A DNA stretch of 64,000 nucleotides from Chiloscyllium plagiosum (taxonomy: Eukaryota): positions 5,052,657-5,116,656 of the forward strand of contig NC_057759.1 in the NCBI RefSeq assembly GCF_004010195.1, written 5' to 3'. Shown here one piece after another: positions 12,858-26,164 of the stretch. The stretch's first letter is position 1. Each line of letters opens with the position of its first letter. The position numbers were made by a program, and so were the translations under genes. The notes under the pieces were generated by a model. The model was not told where the DNA came from and made no database searches. It saw only the letters and a program-made list of their open reading frames with translations.

Positions 12858-12968
12858 TTTTTATAGACTGACGACGTCAGCAATGCTAATGAGGGATGGG
12901 GAAAGCCTGGTTTCTGATTGGGTAGTTTACCCGGAGTCATTCCCAAACACTCACTTTCTGTGATTGGT
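12858..12968 (-). promoter_or_regulatory. H2B promoter
   Basis: TATAAAAA at 12865-12858, CRE-like TGACG/CGTCA half sites, octamer variant ATGCTAAT (12883-12890) and two CCAAT boxes. Confidence 0.75.
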
Positions 12969-13212
12969 TAGTGTGGGACGCAATGTGGACCTGTCAGAAT
13001 CTGCAACGAAATGTGAAGTGGATGGTGATTCTGTTCCTGTCAGTCTGACTGAGGGAGATTTGTTTTGTGTCTGTCACACAGAAAGTGACTGTGGTATTGG
13101 CTCGATTTCCTTTTGCTCGTTGATGTGGGAGTGGAAGGGTGTGTTTCAAGTTCCGCATGTCTGTTTCTGGTCCTCTCTCTGGGCTGGAATTAACACTGAG
13201 CTTGCCACTTTT

Positions 13213-13540
13213 CTCAGTGGTTAGCACTGCTGCCTCACCGCGCCAGGGACCCTGCTTCGATTCCAGTTTTGGGCGACTGTCTGTGTGGAATTTGCACATT
13301 GTCCCCGTGTCTGAGTGGGTTTCCTCCGGGTGCTCAGTTTTTCTCTCACAATTCAAAGACGTGCAGGGAGTTGAATTGGCCATGCTAACTGACCATAATG
13401 TTCTGGGATGTGTAGGTTAGGTGCATTAATCAGGGATAAATGCAGAATAATGAGGATTGTGTCTGGGTGGATTACTCTTCCGAGGGTCGGTGTGGACTTG
13501 TTGGGCCGAAGTGCCTAATTCTACACTGTAGAGATTCTAA
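13213..13540 (+). mobile_element. HE1-type tRNA-derived SINE, slightly 5'-truncated
   Basis: CAGTGGTTAGCACTGCTGCCTCAC head, GTGGGTTTCCTCCGGGTGCTC core and a LINE-like tail. Confidence 0.88.
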
Positions 13541-15179
13541 GACTGTGAGTGTTTTCTAGGTTTGACGTTGATGGAATTCGTTCTCAACTGCACGGAGTTG
13601 GAGAGAAATGAGTACCTGTTTAAAACTTTTCTTGAGTCATGAGTTGAGAATGTCTGTCTTGACTGTGGGATTAGTATATTTCTGAGAACTTGATTGCTAA
13701 CTGTGGGCCCAGAGACCGACCTGTAACTGTGTTTTGCAAGTAACTACCGTGGATCAGAACCACGTTGCCGCTGTTTTTAATTTAGGAGCATTGAACTTTC
13801 CCACAGGGATTTAGAGCATTTCTCAGTCTCATACAAATGCTTGTTAACCAGCAACTGTTAGCATGCTATACATGTATCACTTTAACTTTGTATCTGTAGA
13901 GTCCTTATTTAGACATTTGGCATGAATTCAACACCTGGTCAATTGAGGCTCTGGTCCTCTGTGTAATAGTCAATTAATGTTACGTCAAGACAGGTTTTAT
14001 TCTGTATCCACCAAATACTGGTGTAAGCAGTAAAACTTTACACCGTTTGCCTGCCACTTGGAAATGTTCCTCCAATCTGTGCCTATCCATTTCTGGGAGG
14101 TAAAGCATTTTTGTTTACCCTATTTCACAGTCTTTACATGTCAGTATGTTACTGGACTGTAACTCAAATCTTCTGAAGTGTAACCTGTTGTTTTTACTCT
14201 TGAGGTGTCAGTCATTAACATAAGAATGTTTCTCATTTAGTATCTACAATTCTGAGTGTGACTAAACACCACTTTGGACAGTCTCAGGCAGGGCTCCCTC
14301 CCCTCCACACCATATCCTTTGAATATCTGCTTCTGTGCATTGACAGTAAGTTTGTATTTATAACTGCAGCATTTAGTAAGGGACAATATGTTGTAATTGC
14401 AGAAATTGGCAATAACAATGTTGCTGCTGATGTCACACTGTTCATGTCAGTTTCTCACCAGTGGATAGTTGCATTGTATCCTGACAATTCATTGTTTTGC
14501 AACTGACTCCGTATTTCATTCTGTAACTGCCAGTTTGTTGTTTCTAATCTTGTTTTTACTCAGTTTCTGTCAACCACTGGCATGTGAGAGAGCAAATATC
14601 TCAATATTTCTAACTTTCAGATGAAATGAATGTTTTTTTGACTCCATCCCTGTTATGTTCCGATGATTTGTAATTAAATCTGTCACTATGTGATCTGTGA
14701 GCACACACAGTAAGTTAGAGATAAAGTGAAAGGTGAATGATGCCTCGCATTTCTGTCATGCAGGGTATACACTAGTTATTAATTTCTTTCAGGGTTGTGT
14801 CAGTGTAAATGTCTCAAAGCTGAAGACAATAAGAAAAATGAGAAGCCTGACATTTTTATCTGCTTGTGTGTACTCAGCTCTGAGAATATGAGAGTGTTAT
14901 CAAAATGTACCTGTCAGTTGTTTTTAATGAATGTGAGAACATTGTTTTAAATCTACACCTGTCAGTTTCTGCAATGTTCTGCAATCTGTACCTGACAGTT
15001 CCAACTACATGAATGGATTTGAAAGTATCTGTACCTTTCAGTGTGTGCTTTGTTGAATAAGTGTGTACTTATAATATTTGGCTCTGTTTAACATGACACT
15101 TGCCAGAAACTGCAGGGGCTCTTTTTACTTCAAATCTCTATTGCTCAACATGAATAAGATTTTATCTATTGCCATCCAT

Positions 15180-16195
15180 GTCCGGGTAGCATGGTGGCAC
15201 ACTGGTGCCAGACACCCAGTTTCAATACTAACCTTGGCTCATTGTGCAAATTGCACTCAGACATGCTCCCCATATCTGCATTGGCTTTGTTATGGCACGG
15301 GGTAAACCCCTTTGCTAATTTAAAAGTAGCAACAGAGAAAAGATTTATCCCATGCAGCAATCTGAAAATTTGATAGGCCAAGAACTAATTAAAGTAAAGA
15401 TTAACAGCTTTATTTCTTAAAGTATAGCAGAAAGTGATTAACTAAAAACTATTGACAACTCCTTCCTCTAACTTATCTTCTATAATACTAGTCCGATAGA
15501 ACTCCTGATTAAGATTTACAAAACAAAACTTCTTTTCTCAAAACCAGGCAGCTTTCGGTTCTTTTCTGTATTCCTGTCTTTGATGTTCTTGGGGATTGTG
15601 CTTCACAGGTTACTAATCAATAAAGGTACCTTTAAGAGAGCTATTTTTTCAGGCAGTCTTGTTACATGCTGTTGGCTTCACAATTCTCCTCCCAACTGTT
15701 CAATTGTTCCTGGTCTTATACCTCCAGAGCATCGGACTATGTCATTGGCTTTTAAGATTGTCAATGTACTCAATTCGAACTGGATTGGTATTTGATATTT
15801 TCGGGATATAATTTAAACTGATTGGTTGAATTCAAATGTTTTTGTCTCCAGGTAAACAGCTACTTGGGTTGTTCGACTAAATGTTACTTTTTTTCGTAAC
15901 ACTTGGTGATGTCCGGTAGTTCTACTGGCTGAAAACTTTCTTAAATGTACAGTACACCCACATCTTCAAAACAGTTTCCTCTGGGTGCTCTAGTTTCCTT
16001 CCACAGTTGAAACATGTACAGGTTAGCTGGATTAGCGAGGGTAAATTGCCCTGTAATATTCAGAAATGTTCAGACGAGGTGGGTTAACTATGGTAAAGAT
16101 GTTGTTATGGGGGCTAGGGTGGGATCTATATCTGTGTGGGATGCACTTTGGCAAGTTATTGCAGACCAATGGGCCGAATGACCTGGAGAAATTCT
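15180..16195 (+). mobile_element. Old HE1-like SINE split by a solo LTR
   Basis: Head at 15180-15287 and body at 15974-16195; uninterrupted paralogs at 32990-33285(-) and 41600-41773(+). Confidence 0.7.
15288..15973 (-). mobile_element. Probable solo LTR of 686 bp
   Basis: TGTT...AACA termini, imperfect 4-bp TSD GCTT/GTTT, absent from two paralogous SINE copies. Orientation is inferred from AATAAA on the minus strand. Confidence 0.7.
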
Positions 16196-17104
16196 ATATA
16201 CTGTAAATGAAAGTGAGACTTTTTAATACTATTGTCAGTCTCTGACACTCTAAATCCGTTTGGATAATTTCCACAACTTTTATTCAATGGTCCAGTTTAT
16301 GATTGTAAGCTATTTTCTGGATTGGTCAGTTTCTGGTCTGAATGTGTACTTTGAATATGAGAGTTTTTTCATCCTGTGTCCAATAATCTCTGGGTATCTG
16401 TTTAAAAGTGTACCTTTTCATGTCAATGTTTGATTTTCCTTTGGACCATTTGAAAACAAAGTATTGATTCAGTCATTTTGTCTGAGATGTGTTCTGTTCT
16501 CTCCTTTTGGAAGCAAATTAAATTGCAATATTTGTTTCAATCTGGCACTTGGCCTGCTATTTAATTCCTCCAGTTTGGACAAAAAGAATTGATACATGAA
16601 TTACATAAAGTCAGAGAGTCAGACAGCAAGTTTAAGCCATGGTGAGATAATTGGATGAATAATTAGTCTGAATTTTTATTCTTTCCCTACGTAATTGGAA
16701 TACATTGTGAACATGCAATAGGTTCAGTATTTTCTAATAAACAAGTAGAATTTACTTTTTGACCAAATTGATGCCATGCATTTTATTTCTATCGGAAGTT
16801 GACTTGTACACTGGGACTAACATACTTCACTCTCACACTGTCCTGGATAACTTGTTTAATGAAATGCTAGTTCTCCCACTTGTGACATATTTGAGGTCAT
16901 GACTTCTCTATTTTTGCCTATAGACCTATTAACCTGACAGTATTTCTGTATGTTGCAACTAATTCTGTACCCACTGTGTATTGGCACCATCTCACTCTTT
17001 GTTCTGTCCAGAAATTATCAGTTTCCTTCAAGTCCTTCATGACATGGATAAGGACAATAACTGGTGCAGTCTGCAACTGTTTGTTCTTCTGTGAGTGCAG
17101 AACT

Positions 17105-19595
17105 AATCAGTTTGGATTAGGAACTGGCTTTCTGAAAGAAGGCAGCAAGTGGTGGTTGTCTGGAGTCCGCTTACTAGTGGTGTGCCACAAGGATCTGTTT
17201 TGGGACCACTGCTGCTCGTCATTTTTGTAAATGACTTAGACGCAGGCATAGGTGGACGGATTAGTAAATTTGTAGATGACACTAAAGTCGGTGGAGTAGT
17301 GGATAGTGTGGAAGAATGTTACAGGTTGCAGGGGGACTTGAATAAACTGCAGAATTGGGCTGAGAGATGGCAAATGGAGTTCAATGCAGCTAAATGTGAG
17401 GTGATGGACTTTGGGAAGAATAACAGGAAAGCAGAGTAGGTGGGTCGATGGAAAGATTCTTGGTAAGGTGGATGTGCAGAGGGATCTTGGAGTCCATGTA
17501 CAGAGATCCCTGAAAGTTGACACCCAGGTGGATAATGCTGTTGAGAAGGCATACGATGTATCAGGTTTTATTCGTAGAGGGGTTGAGTTCCGGAACTGCA
17601 ATATCATGCTGCAACTATACAAAACGCAGATGCGGCCACACTTGGAATGTTGTGTACAGTTCTGGTTCCCATATTTTGGGAAGGATGTGGAAGCATTGGA
17701 AAAGGTGTAGAGGAGATTTACCATGATGTTGCCTAGTTAGGAGGGAAAGTCTTATGAGGAAAGGCTGAAAGACTTGAACCTGTTCTCATTGGCAAGAAGA
17801 AGGCTAAGAGGGGACTTGATAGAGACATTCAAGATGATCAGAGGTTTAGATAGGGTAGACAGTGAAAGTCTTTTTCTGAATGGCGGTTAGAAAAGGTTGT
17901 AAAAAAAAGGTGTTTGGCACGCTTGTCTCCTTTGGTAAGTATGCTGAGTTTAGGAGCTGGGACATCATGTTAGGGCTGCACAGGACATGGGTTAGGACAC
18001 TTTTGGAGGACTGTGTACAATTCTGGACACACTGCTATAGGAAGGAAGTTGTTAATCTTAAGAGGGTGCAAAAAATTGACAGAGTTGTTACCAGGATAAG
18101 AGGGTTTGAATTATTGGGAGAGGCTGAATAGGCTGGGGCTATTTTCCCTGGAGCCGCGGAAGCTGAGGGGTGATTTTTACAGGTGCTTATAAAATCATGA
18201 GGGCATCGATAGGATGAAAAGCCAAGGTCTTTTCCCTTGGGTGGGGGAGCATACAGGGCATAGGTTTAAGGTGAGAGGGCAAAGATTTAAAAAATAACCT
18301 GAGGAACAACCTTTTCAGGCAGAGAGTGATGTGCATATCGAATGAGCTTCCAGAGGAAGTGATAAAGGTGGGAATAATTACAACATTTAAAAGAAGCCCA
18401 GATGGGTAAATGAAACGGAAGGATTTGAAGGGATTTATGCCAAATTTATAATCCAGAGAAGGTATAGGGTGAAAGGAAAGGCTGGTATGCATAGGGAATG
18501 CTGGATGACTAAAGAAATTGAAGGTTTGGTTAAGGTATAGACAGGCTAGATCGAGGGAATCCTTAGAAGAGTATTAAGGCAGTAGGAGTATACTTAAGAG
18601 GGAAATCAGGAGGGCAAAAAGGGACATGAGATAGCTTTGGCAAATAGAATTAAGGAGAATCCAAAGGGTTTTTACAAATACATTAAGGACAAAAGGGTAA
18701 CTAGGGAGAAAATAGGGCCCCAAGCTGAAAATGTGTTCAGGAAACCTGAAGAAGGGCTTATGCCCGAAACGTCGATTCTCCTGTTACTTGGATGCTGCCT
18801 GACCTGCTGCGCTTTTCCAGCAACACATTTTCAGCTCTGATCTCCAGCATCTGCAGTCCTCACTTTCTCTAGAAAATAGGGCCCCTCAAAGATCAGCAAG
18901 GCGGCCTTTGTGGAGCCACAGAAAATACAGGAGATATTAAACGAGCATTTTGCATCAGTATTTACTGGGGAAAAGGACATGGAAGATATAGAATGTAGCG
19001 AAATAGATGGTAGCATCTTGAAAAATGTCCATATTACAGAGAAGGTAGTGCTGGATGTCTTGAAATGCATAAAGGTGGATAAATCCCCAGTACCTGATCA
19101 GGTGTACCCTAGGACTCTGTGGGAAGCTAGGGAAGTGATTGCTGGATCTCTTGCTGAGATATTTGTTTCATCGATAGTCACAGGTGAGGTGCCGGAATAC
19201 TGGAGGTTGGCTAACATGGTGCCACTGTTTAAGAATGGTGGTAAGGACAAGCCAGGGAACTATCGACCAGTGAGCCTGACGTCGGTGGTGGGCAAGTTGC
19301 TGGAGGGAATCCTGAGGGACAGGATTTACATGTATTTGGAAAGGCAAGGGCTGATTAGTTATAGTCAACATGGTTTTGTGCGTGAGAAATTATGTCTCAC
19401 AAACTTGATTGTTACTTCTTCAAAAAACTCAAAGAGGATATGATATGGGCAGAACTAGAGGGCATAGGTTTAGGGTGAGAGGGGAAAGATATAAAAGAGA
19501 CCTTAGAGCAACACTTACACACAGAGGGTGGTACGTGTATGGAATGAGCTGCCAGAGGAAGTGGTGAAGGCTGGTACAATTGCAACATTTAAGAG
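17105..19595 (+). mobile_element. Stacked CR1/HER1 LINE fragments from at least three insertions
   Basis: [10 protein letters not shown] and KFVDDT at 17150-17440; 3' ORF2 fragment at 17885-18445; PGNYRPVSLTS region at 18446-19595. Confidence 0.9.
18722..18870 (+). mobile_element. Penelope-like terminal repeat with hammerhead motif, family B
   Basis: CTGAAGA-A-GGGC(TTAT)GCCC-GAAA-CG-TC; perfect 15-bp TSD AGAAAATAGGGCCCC (18707-18721, 18871-18885). Confidence 0.85.
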
Positions 19596-20334
19596 NNNNN
19601 NNNNNNNNNNNNNNNNNNNNNNNNNNNNNNNNNNNNNNNNNNNNNNNNNNNNNNNNNNNNNNNNNNNNNNNNNNNNNNNNNNNNNNNNNNNNNNNNNNNN
19701 NNNNNNNNNNNNNNNNNNNNNNNNNNNNNNNNNNNNNNNNNNNNNNNNNNNNNNNNNNNNNNNNNNNNNNNNNNNNNNNNNNNNNNNNNNNNNNNNNNNN
19801 NNNNNNNNNNNNNNNNNNNNNNNNNNNNNNNNNNNNNNNNNNNNNNNNNNNNNNNNNNNNNNNNNNNNNNNNNNNNNNNNNNNNNNNNNNNNNNNNNNNN
19901 NNNNNNNNNNNNNNNNNNNNNNNNNNNNNNNNNNNNNNNNNNNNNNNNNNNNNNNNNNNNNNNNNNNNNNNNNNNNNNNNNNNNNNNNNNNNNNNNNNNN
20001 NNNNNNNNNNNNNNNNNNNNNNNNNNNNNNNNNNNNNNNNNNNNNNNNNNNNNNNNNNNNNNNNNNNNNNNNNNNNNNNNNNNNNNNNNNNNNNNNNNNN
20101 NNNNNNNNNNNNNNNNNNNNNNNNNNNNNNNNNNNNNNNNNNNNNNNNNNNNNNNNNNNNNNNNNNNNNNNNNNNNNNNNNNNNNNNNNNNNNNNNNNNN
20201 NNNNNNNNNNNNNNNNNNNNNNNNNNNNNNNNNNNNNNNNNNNNNNNNNNNNNNNNNNNNNNNNNNNNNNNNNNNNNNNNNNNNNNNNNNNNNNNNNNNN
20301 NNNNNNNNNNNNNNNNNNNNNNNNNNNNNNNNNN
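19596..20334. other. Assembly gap
   Basis: Run of N. Confidence 1.
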
Positions 20335-20650
20335 ACTCAGTGAGTGCAAGAGGTTTGTTTGAAACAGACCGCAATGGAGAGATCAGCGCCCAGGGAAGCG
20401 AGGGAACAGCAGGCTCCTTCCAGCAGCACATCGGGATGGGAGCCTGGGACACAGAGGGGGCTCCGAGACCGGGATTGATTCGGGGTGAGTTCAGGGAGAA
20501 CCGGGGGCTGTTTGTAAGAGGCCGAGCGGAGCAGGAACTGGTCCCGGAACTTGGAGTGAGCGGGCTGGGGGGAAGAGAGAGGCCTTTCTCGGGCTGTGTG
20601 TGGGCCTGCTGAGGGAGGCAGAGCGGGAAGAAGCTGCTGTGGGTCATTCT
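20335..20650 (+). promoter_or_regulatory. GC-rich cassette, copy B
   Basis: Nearly identical to 36920-37055 and to the reverse complement of 8196-8432; donor-like GGG|GTGAGT at 20485. Confidence 0.5.
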
Positions 20651-21544
20651 TGTGGTTTACAATCCCCTAAACACTGGTGGGAGTTCTGTTTGTCTTCTGT
20701 TTCACGCTGTTTGTTGATGTTGGGCGGTGAATAATGGAAGCACAGACCATAATTTTGTGACAATCCTATAAAGGACACGTATTAGAGTGAACAGATTTGA
20801 AGTTTCGAGTAAAACATTAGACATAGAGTCCCTTGTTCTTTCCTTCAACGTTTAGTATTTTGGCAGCTTGGTATTGATGCATTGCAGCTGCTTCAGGAAT
20901 TCCCATTCATGGAGGTGAGCAGATATTCGTTCTGGATCTCACCCAATTGTCACAAAGTTGCAAATAAAAGAAACGGAGACCAGGAGCAACTGAGAGAAAG
21001 TGTGGAATCGAAACCTGGTTCTGTTTGAATTGCTAGGTTTGATAATACCCTAATGATTATTAACCGACTGCCAGACTGATCAGTTTAATCTTGCCTAACT
21101 TATGTTGCTTTACAGCTGAAAAATCTTCTGTCTTCCTCCAAGCAAATATTTGAATGATGAAGACAATGTCATATTTCCTCAGTCCAAAGCCAAGTGTGAC
21201 CAGCTGCTTCAAACAAACAGCAGGTATGTCAAAGCAGAGAACATCCTTTCAACAGGCACAGAGCAGATTGGATCAGACTTAGTTTGACCTCAATTTCCAG
21301 AGAGATATCCAACTGCGGAAAGACAAGTTCCTTTTTTTCTCTGCATTCTCCATAGACATCTTCCCGGTTTCAATTAATATGATGCACAGGCCATGAACAT
21401 TCACAGCATGTTTGAAAATGACTGGTTGTTTAAAGTAGACAGTTGGTGTACTAAATCAAGTTTACATTTTAAAAGGGCATTTTAAATGTCACAAACCAGA
21501 TAAACAATGACATCATACTTTTACATAGTTTCAACAGCAATGGT

Positions 21545-21855
21545 GGGCGGCACGGTGGCACAGTGGTTAGCACTGCTGCCTCACAGCACCTGAGACCCGG
21601 GTTCAATTCCCACCTCAGGCGACTGACTGTGTGGAGTTTGTACGTTCTCCCCGTGTCTGCGTGGGTTTCCTCCGGGTGCTCCGGTTTCCTCCCACAGTCC
21701 AAAGATGTGCAGGGTCAGGTGAATTGGCCATACTAAATTGCCCGTAGTGCTAGGAAAGGGGTAAATGTAGGGGTATGGATGGGTTTCGCTTCGGCGGGTC
21801 GGTGTGGACTTGTTGGGCCGAAGGGCCTGTTTCCACACTGTAATGTAATCTAATC
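21545..21855 (+). mobile_element. HE1-type SINE, full length
   Basis: A box TGGCACAGTGG, B box GGTTCAATTCC, conserved core and TAATC tail repeats. Confidence 0.93.
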
Positions 21856-22779
21856 ATATGTGAAGAGTAGTGAATCAGATTTATTCAGATTGAACCATGA
21901 TATCAACACAAGATACAGAGACTAACAGCGATGTACACACATTTACACTGTAGGAAACAGAAAAGAATATATACAAAATGTTTACATAAAAACAAGCAAC
22001 TAAATCCCATTCAGGCAGCATTCCATTTCAATAAGTGTGTTATGGCAGCAGAGGAGCTGCCAATCCCACCTTGATCTCAACATCATTCTCAACATAAATA
22101 GAAATTACATTTTCACACTGCCCAGTATTAATTTTTTCATTAAAAAGTGTGTAACTTGGTCGCCAAATTCACTTTAATCTTCTACAAAGAATCCCAAATT
22201 CCCCACCCTATAAAAATCACAAAAAAGCAAGAAAATGGAATGTCATATCGTCAATTTAACAATATAATCAAGCAATTACCCTTTAATTCAACAAAGAAAT
22301 TTAGCCAATCTTGTAATTTGTAAATTCTCTTTTTTTTTGCCAGAAGAGTTCAACTACGTTCAATACATTTGCCTGAATGATTTAAATCTTCTCCCTGTAT
22401 GACAAAAATACAAGTCTTTTCGCTTTCTTCATTGATCCATAGAGCATCAGGAGAGGACTGCTAATGGCTTGCACCATCACACCACAGAGCAGGATTATGT
22501 AACACTCACAATAAAATAATGAAGTGAACTAGCCAATTCTCTTTCCTGTAGCAGGAACATTGTGGTCAGTCGGCTACAATACAATTTATTTGTTTGTTCC
22601 CCTTTCCTTTTGACACTACCAAAGGAATGTAACACCTATCCATTTGTCAACATTCACAAAAGTATGTAGCTATGCATTGAGGAAAAACTGACGACATCCT
22701 TAAGAGCAGCCCATGGTATCATTCCTACCAGTTCGCATCTGCACTACAGGAGTTGGAAAACCCTTTAATTTTCATTACA

Positions 22780-23450
22780 CAATCCATAACTCAAATCAAA
22801 TGCACTGAGCAAAAACTAACAGGTACATATTGATAAATGCACTCGCACATTCACATAGCTGAAATTTACAGGCAAAGATTAATATCTAAATTCAGAGTCA
22901 CAAAGCAGAATATGGCATGCACAGTTTGATGACTGTACTTATACATTTACAGAGCAGTCAGATTGATAACTATATTCTGATGTTCACATTGCAGAAACAT
23001 TCATGTACAGATTGCTAACTGCACACTGTAAGCAATAACACTCAGTTTCATATTGCATAAAGTACAGCAGAATCTGACAAGTATAGCTCGATAACAATAC
23101 TCAGTTTGACAAACAAAGCCTGACAACTACACTCTCATATTCAACTCATATTCACATGGCAGAAACAGTTGCAGGTTGATATCTACTCTCACCCATTCAC
23201 ATTGCAGAAACTGACTGGGACAGACTGATGATGACACTCTTTCATTCATATGACAGAAACTAACAGAGGTTCAGCTCCATAACTAACATCACATATAGAT
23301 GTTGGAGAAGCTGACAGCTAGAGACTGATAATTATACTCTCATTCACATTGCAGAAACTGCACCCACATATTCACATAGAAACTGACAGGTACAGATTTA
23401 TAACCACAGACACACATTCATATTGCAACAACTGATACGGACAGATTGAC
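22780..23450 (+). repeat. Degenerate ~49-bp tandem repeat
   Basis: Approximate consensus ACTGACAGGTACAGATTGATAACTACACTCTCACATTCACATTGCAGAA; CAGAAAC recurs at 23205 and 23254. Confidence 0.8.
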
Positions 23451-23857
23451 CCTCCCTATGAGATATTCTAAAAAAAGTAAGAAAACAATATTATTTATTC
23501 AAATTACCAATACAGCTTCCTACAACATCATGGGATATACTTGATCAGGTCTGAGAGTTTGATACACCTTTGTTTTTTTTTACATCTGTAACACCACCTG
23601 TTTTGGCATGTGGACTGATATCAAATATTTTTCAAGATATCAATATATATTTCCCGAAGTTTCCGAGCCTCCACTCCTATGTCTCCAGGCATAGAACAGT
23701 AACTGTACTCCCATATTCATATTACAAAAAATGGCAGATTCAGATTGATAAATGCATTCATACGTTATCAAATCAGAAACTGATGGGGAGAGATTAATAA
23801 CTAATCAATTGATATTTAATAATTCATCTAGCAGAAACTTTCAGGTATAGTCTTTTA

Positions 23858-24140
23858 GTTAGAATTAGAATCCATACAGTTTCAAAACAGAATGTTCAGC
23901 CTGGCAAGTCTACACCGACCCTCTGAAGATTATCTCAACCAGGGCCATTCCCTTATCACTCTACATTTACCCCTGACTAATGCACCTAACCTGAACACTA
24001 TGGGCAATTTAGCATGGCCAATTCACCTAACCTGTTCTTTGGACTGTGGAAGGAAGCCGGGGCACCCAGAGGGAACCCACACAGACACGGGGAGAATGCG
24101 CAAGCTCCACGCAGACAGTCGCCTGGGGCTGGAATCGAAT
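23858..24140 (-). mobile_element. HE1-type SINE, diverged
   Basis: Reverse complement of the HE1 core and tail. Confidence 0.85.
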
Positions 24141-24619
24141 CTTAGAATATTATTGGCTGCCAGAGAATTAAGCAACTTTCATACATAAAAGAGTTGAAAG
24201 TAGTTGGTACTGATTCCGTACTTGACTCTCTCAGTCACACAGCAAAAACTGACAAGTATGGATCAATTCCAAAATTCTCGTGGACACAACAGAATCTGAC
24301 AGGTGTAGATTGATAGCTGCTCTCACATATCCACTCTGCAGAAAGGGAGAGAATGATACATAAATATACATGTGTGTGTGCGCACATACACACAAACACA
24401 CACAACTATTTGTTCATTTAGCAAACACTGGCAACTACAGTCTGTTTAATGCATTTGCATATTGGTCAGGGACAGATTGGTCAATCATACACACGTGCAC
24501 ATGGCAGGACATTTCAGAGGAAGACTGATAACTACATTCTCATCATCAAAACTTACTGGAACAGATTAATAACACTCCCTGTTTCAAATCGCATACATTG
24601 ACATGTACAGTTTGATAAT

Positions 24620-25265
24620 GAGGAGAAAGTGAGGTCTGCAGATGCTGGAGATCAAAGTTGAAACTTTATTGCTGGACTACATTCTGTCCAGAAAAAAATG
24701 TCCCTGAGCTTCTAGTTGCATGCCACTTCAACACACCACCCAGTTCCCTGGCCAACATCTCTGTCTCAGGCTTGCTGCAGTGCTCCAGCAAAGTTCAGTG
24801 CAAGCTGGAAGAACAGCACCTCATTTTTTGCTTGGGAACTCAACAGCCTTTTGGACTCAATATTGAATTCTACAACTTTAGAGCTAGAGCTCTCCCGTAT
24901 CATTACCCAAAACCCCTCTCACCATGCAGTGTTATCATATGGTCTTCTATTGTACACCAAAACTCACTAACAGTCTCTATTAATAGCTTTTACCATCCTC
25001 GTCTGACTGTGATCCACTAATTTATCTGTTCAACTGTTCTTCCCTCCCTTTGGTTCTATATCCATCCACCATTTACTCCCTTACCCTTCAACACACACTA
25101 TCTTCTGCAGAAAATCTAATATTTTCCTGGCTACCATCTCTTCACTAGACTGGAAATTTTAACTCTGATTTCTGTCCACAGACTCTGTCAGACCTGCTGA
25201 GCTTTTCCAGCAATTTGTTTTAGTTTCTGATTTCCAGCATCTGCAGTTCGTTTGGTTTTCATTCA
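24620..25265 (+). mobile_element. Penelope-like 3' fragment: GIY-YIG C-terminus and terminal repeat
   Basis: VACHFN...KLEEQHLIFCLGTQQPFGLNIEF; 3' end CCAGCATCTGCAG; inverted terminal-repeat piece at the 5' end. Confidence 0.8.
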
Positions 25266-25532
25266 GAGAATAATAACTACATTTTCATATTCACAGAGCA
25301 GAAACTACCAGGGAAAATTGACAACCACATTCACATGTTCACAAAAGAAAATTTGTCATGCAAATATTGATAAATGCACTCACGTTTACATTACAGAGCC
25401 TGACCGGGAAGGGTTCTTAACTAAACAAAACATTCATGAAGCAAAACCTGAAAGGGATTGTTAAAAAGTAAATTCTCATATTCACATAGCAGAACATGGC
25501 AGACTTAGATTGACAATTACCCAAACACATTC

Positions 25533-26146
25533 AGTATTGAGTACAGTTGTAGGGAGGTCACCTTGTAGCTGTACATGACATTGGTTAGGCCACTTTTGGA
25601 ATATTGCTTGCAATTCTGGTCTCCTTCCTATAGGAATGATATTGTGAATCTTGAAAGGGTTCAGAAAAGATTTACAAGGATGTTGCCAGGTTTGGAGGGT
25701 TTGAGCTATCGGGAGAGGTTGAATGGGCTAGGGCTATTTTCCCTGGAGCATTGGAGGCTGAGGGGTGACATTATAGAGCTTTATTAAATCATGAGGGGCA
25801 TGGATAGGATAAATAGACAGTCTTTTTCCTGGGGTGGGGGGAGTCCAGAACTAGAGGGCATAGGTTTAGGGTGAGAGGGGAAAAATATAGAAGAGACCTA
25901 AGGGGCACGTTTTCATGCAGAGGGTGGTACTTGTATGGAATGACCTGCCAGGAGGAAGTGGTGGAGGCTAGTACAATTGCAGCATTTAAAAGGCATCGAG
26001 ATGTGTATATGAATAGGAAGTATTTGGAGGGATATGGGCCGGGTGCTGCCAGGTGGGACTAGATTGGGTTGGGAATACTAGTTGGCATGGAAAAATTGGA
26101 CTGAAGGGTCTGTTTCTGTGCTGTACATCTCAATGACGATGACTCG
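25533..26146 (+). mobile_element. HER1/CR1 LINE 3' fragment
   Basis: LVRPLLEYCLQFWSP...ERVQKRFTRMLPG followed by the 3' tail. Confidence 0.92.
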
Positions 26147-26164
26147 ATGACATTCACCAAGGTG

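Noticed and set aside
19429-20647. Long ORFs crossing the N runs, also at 41558-42436
   Set aside because: Artefacts of assembly gaps.
21545-21620. tRNA genes
   Set aside because: The A and B boxes belong to HE1 SINE heads that continue into the SINE body.
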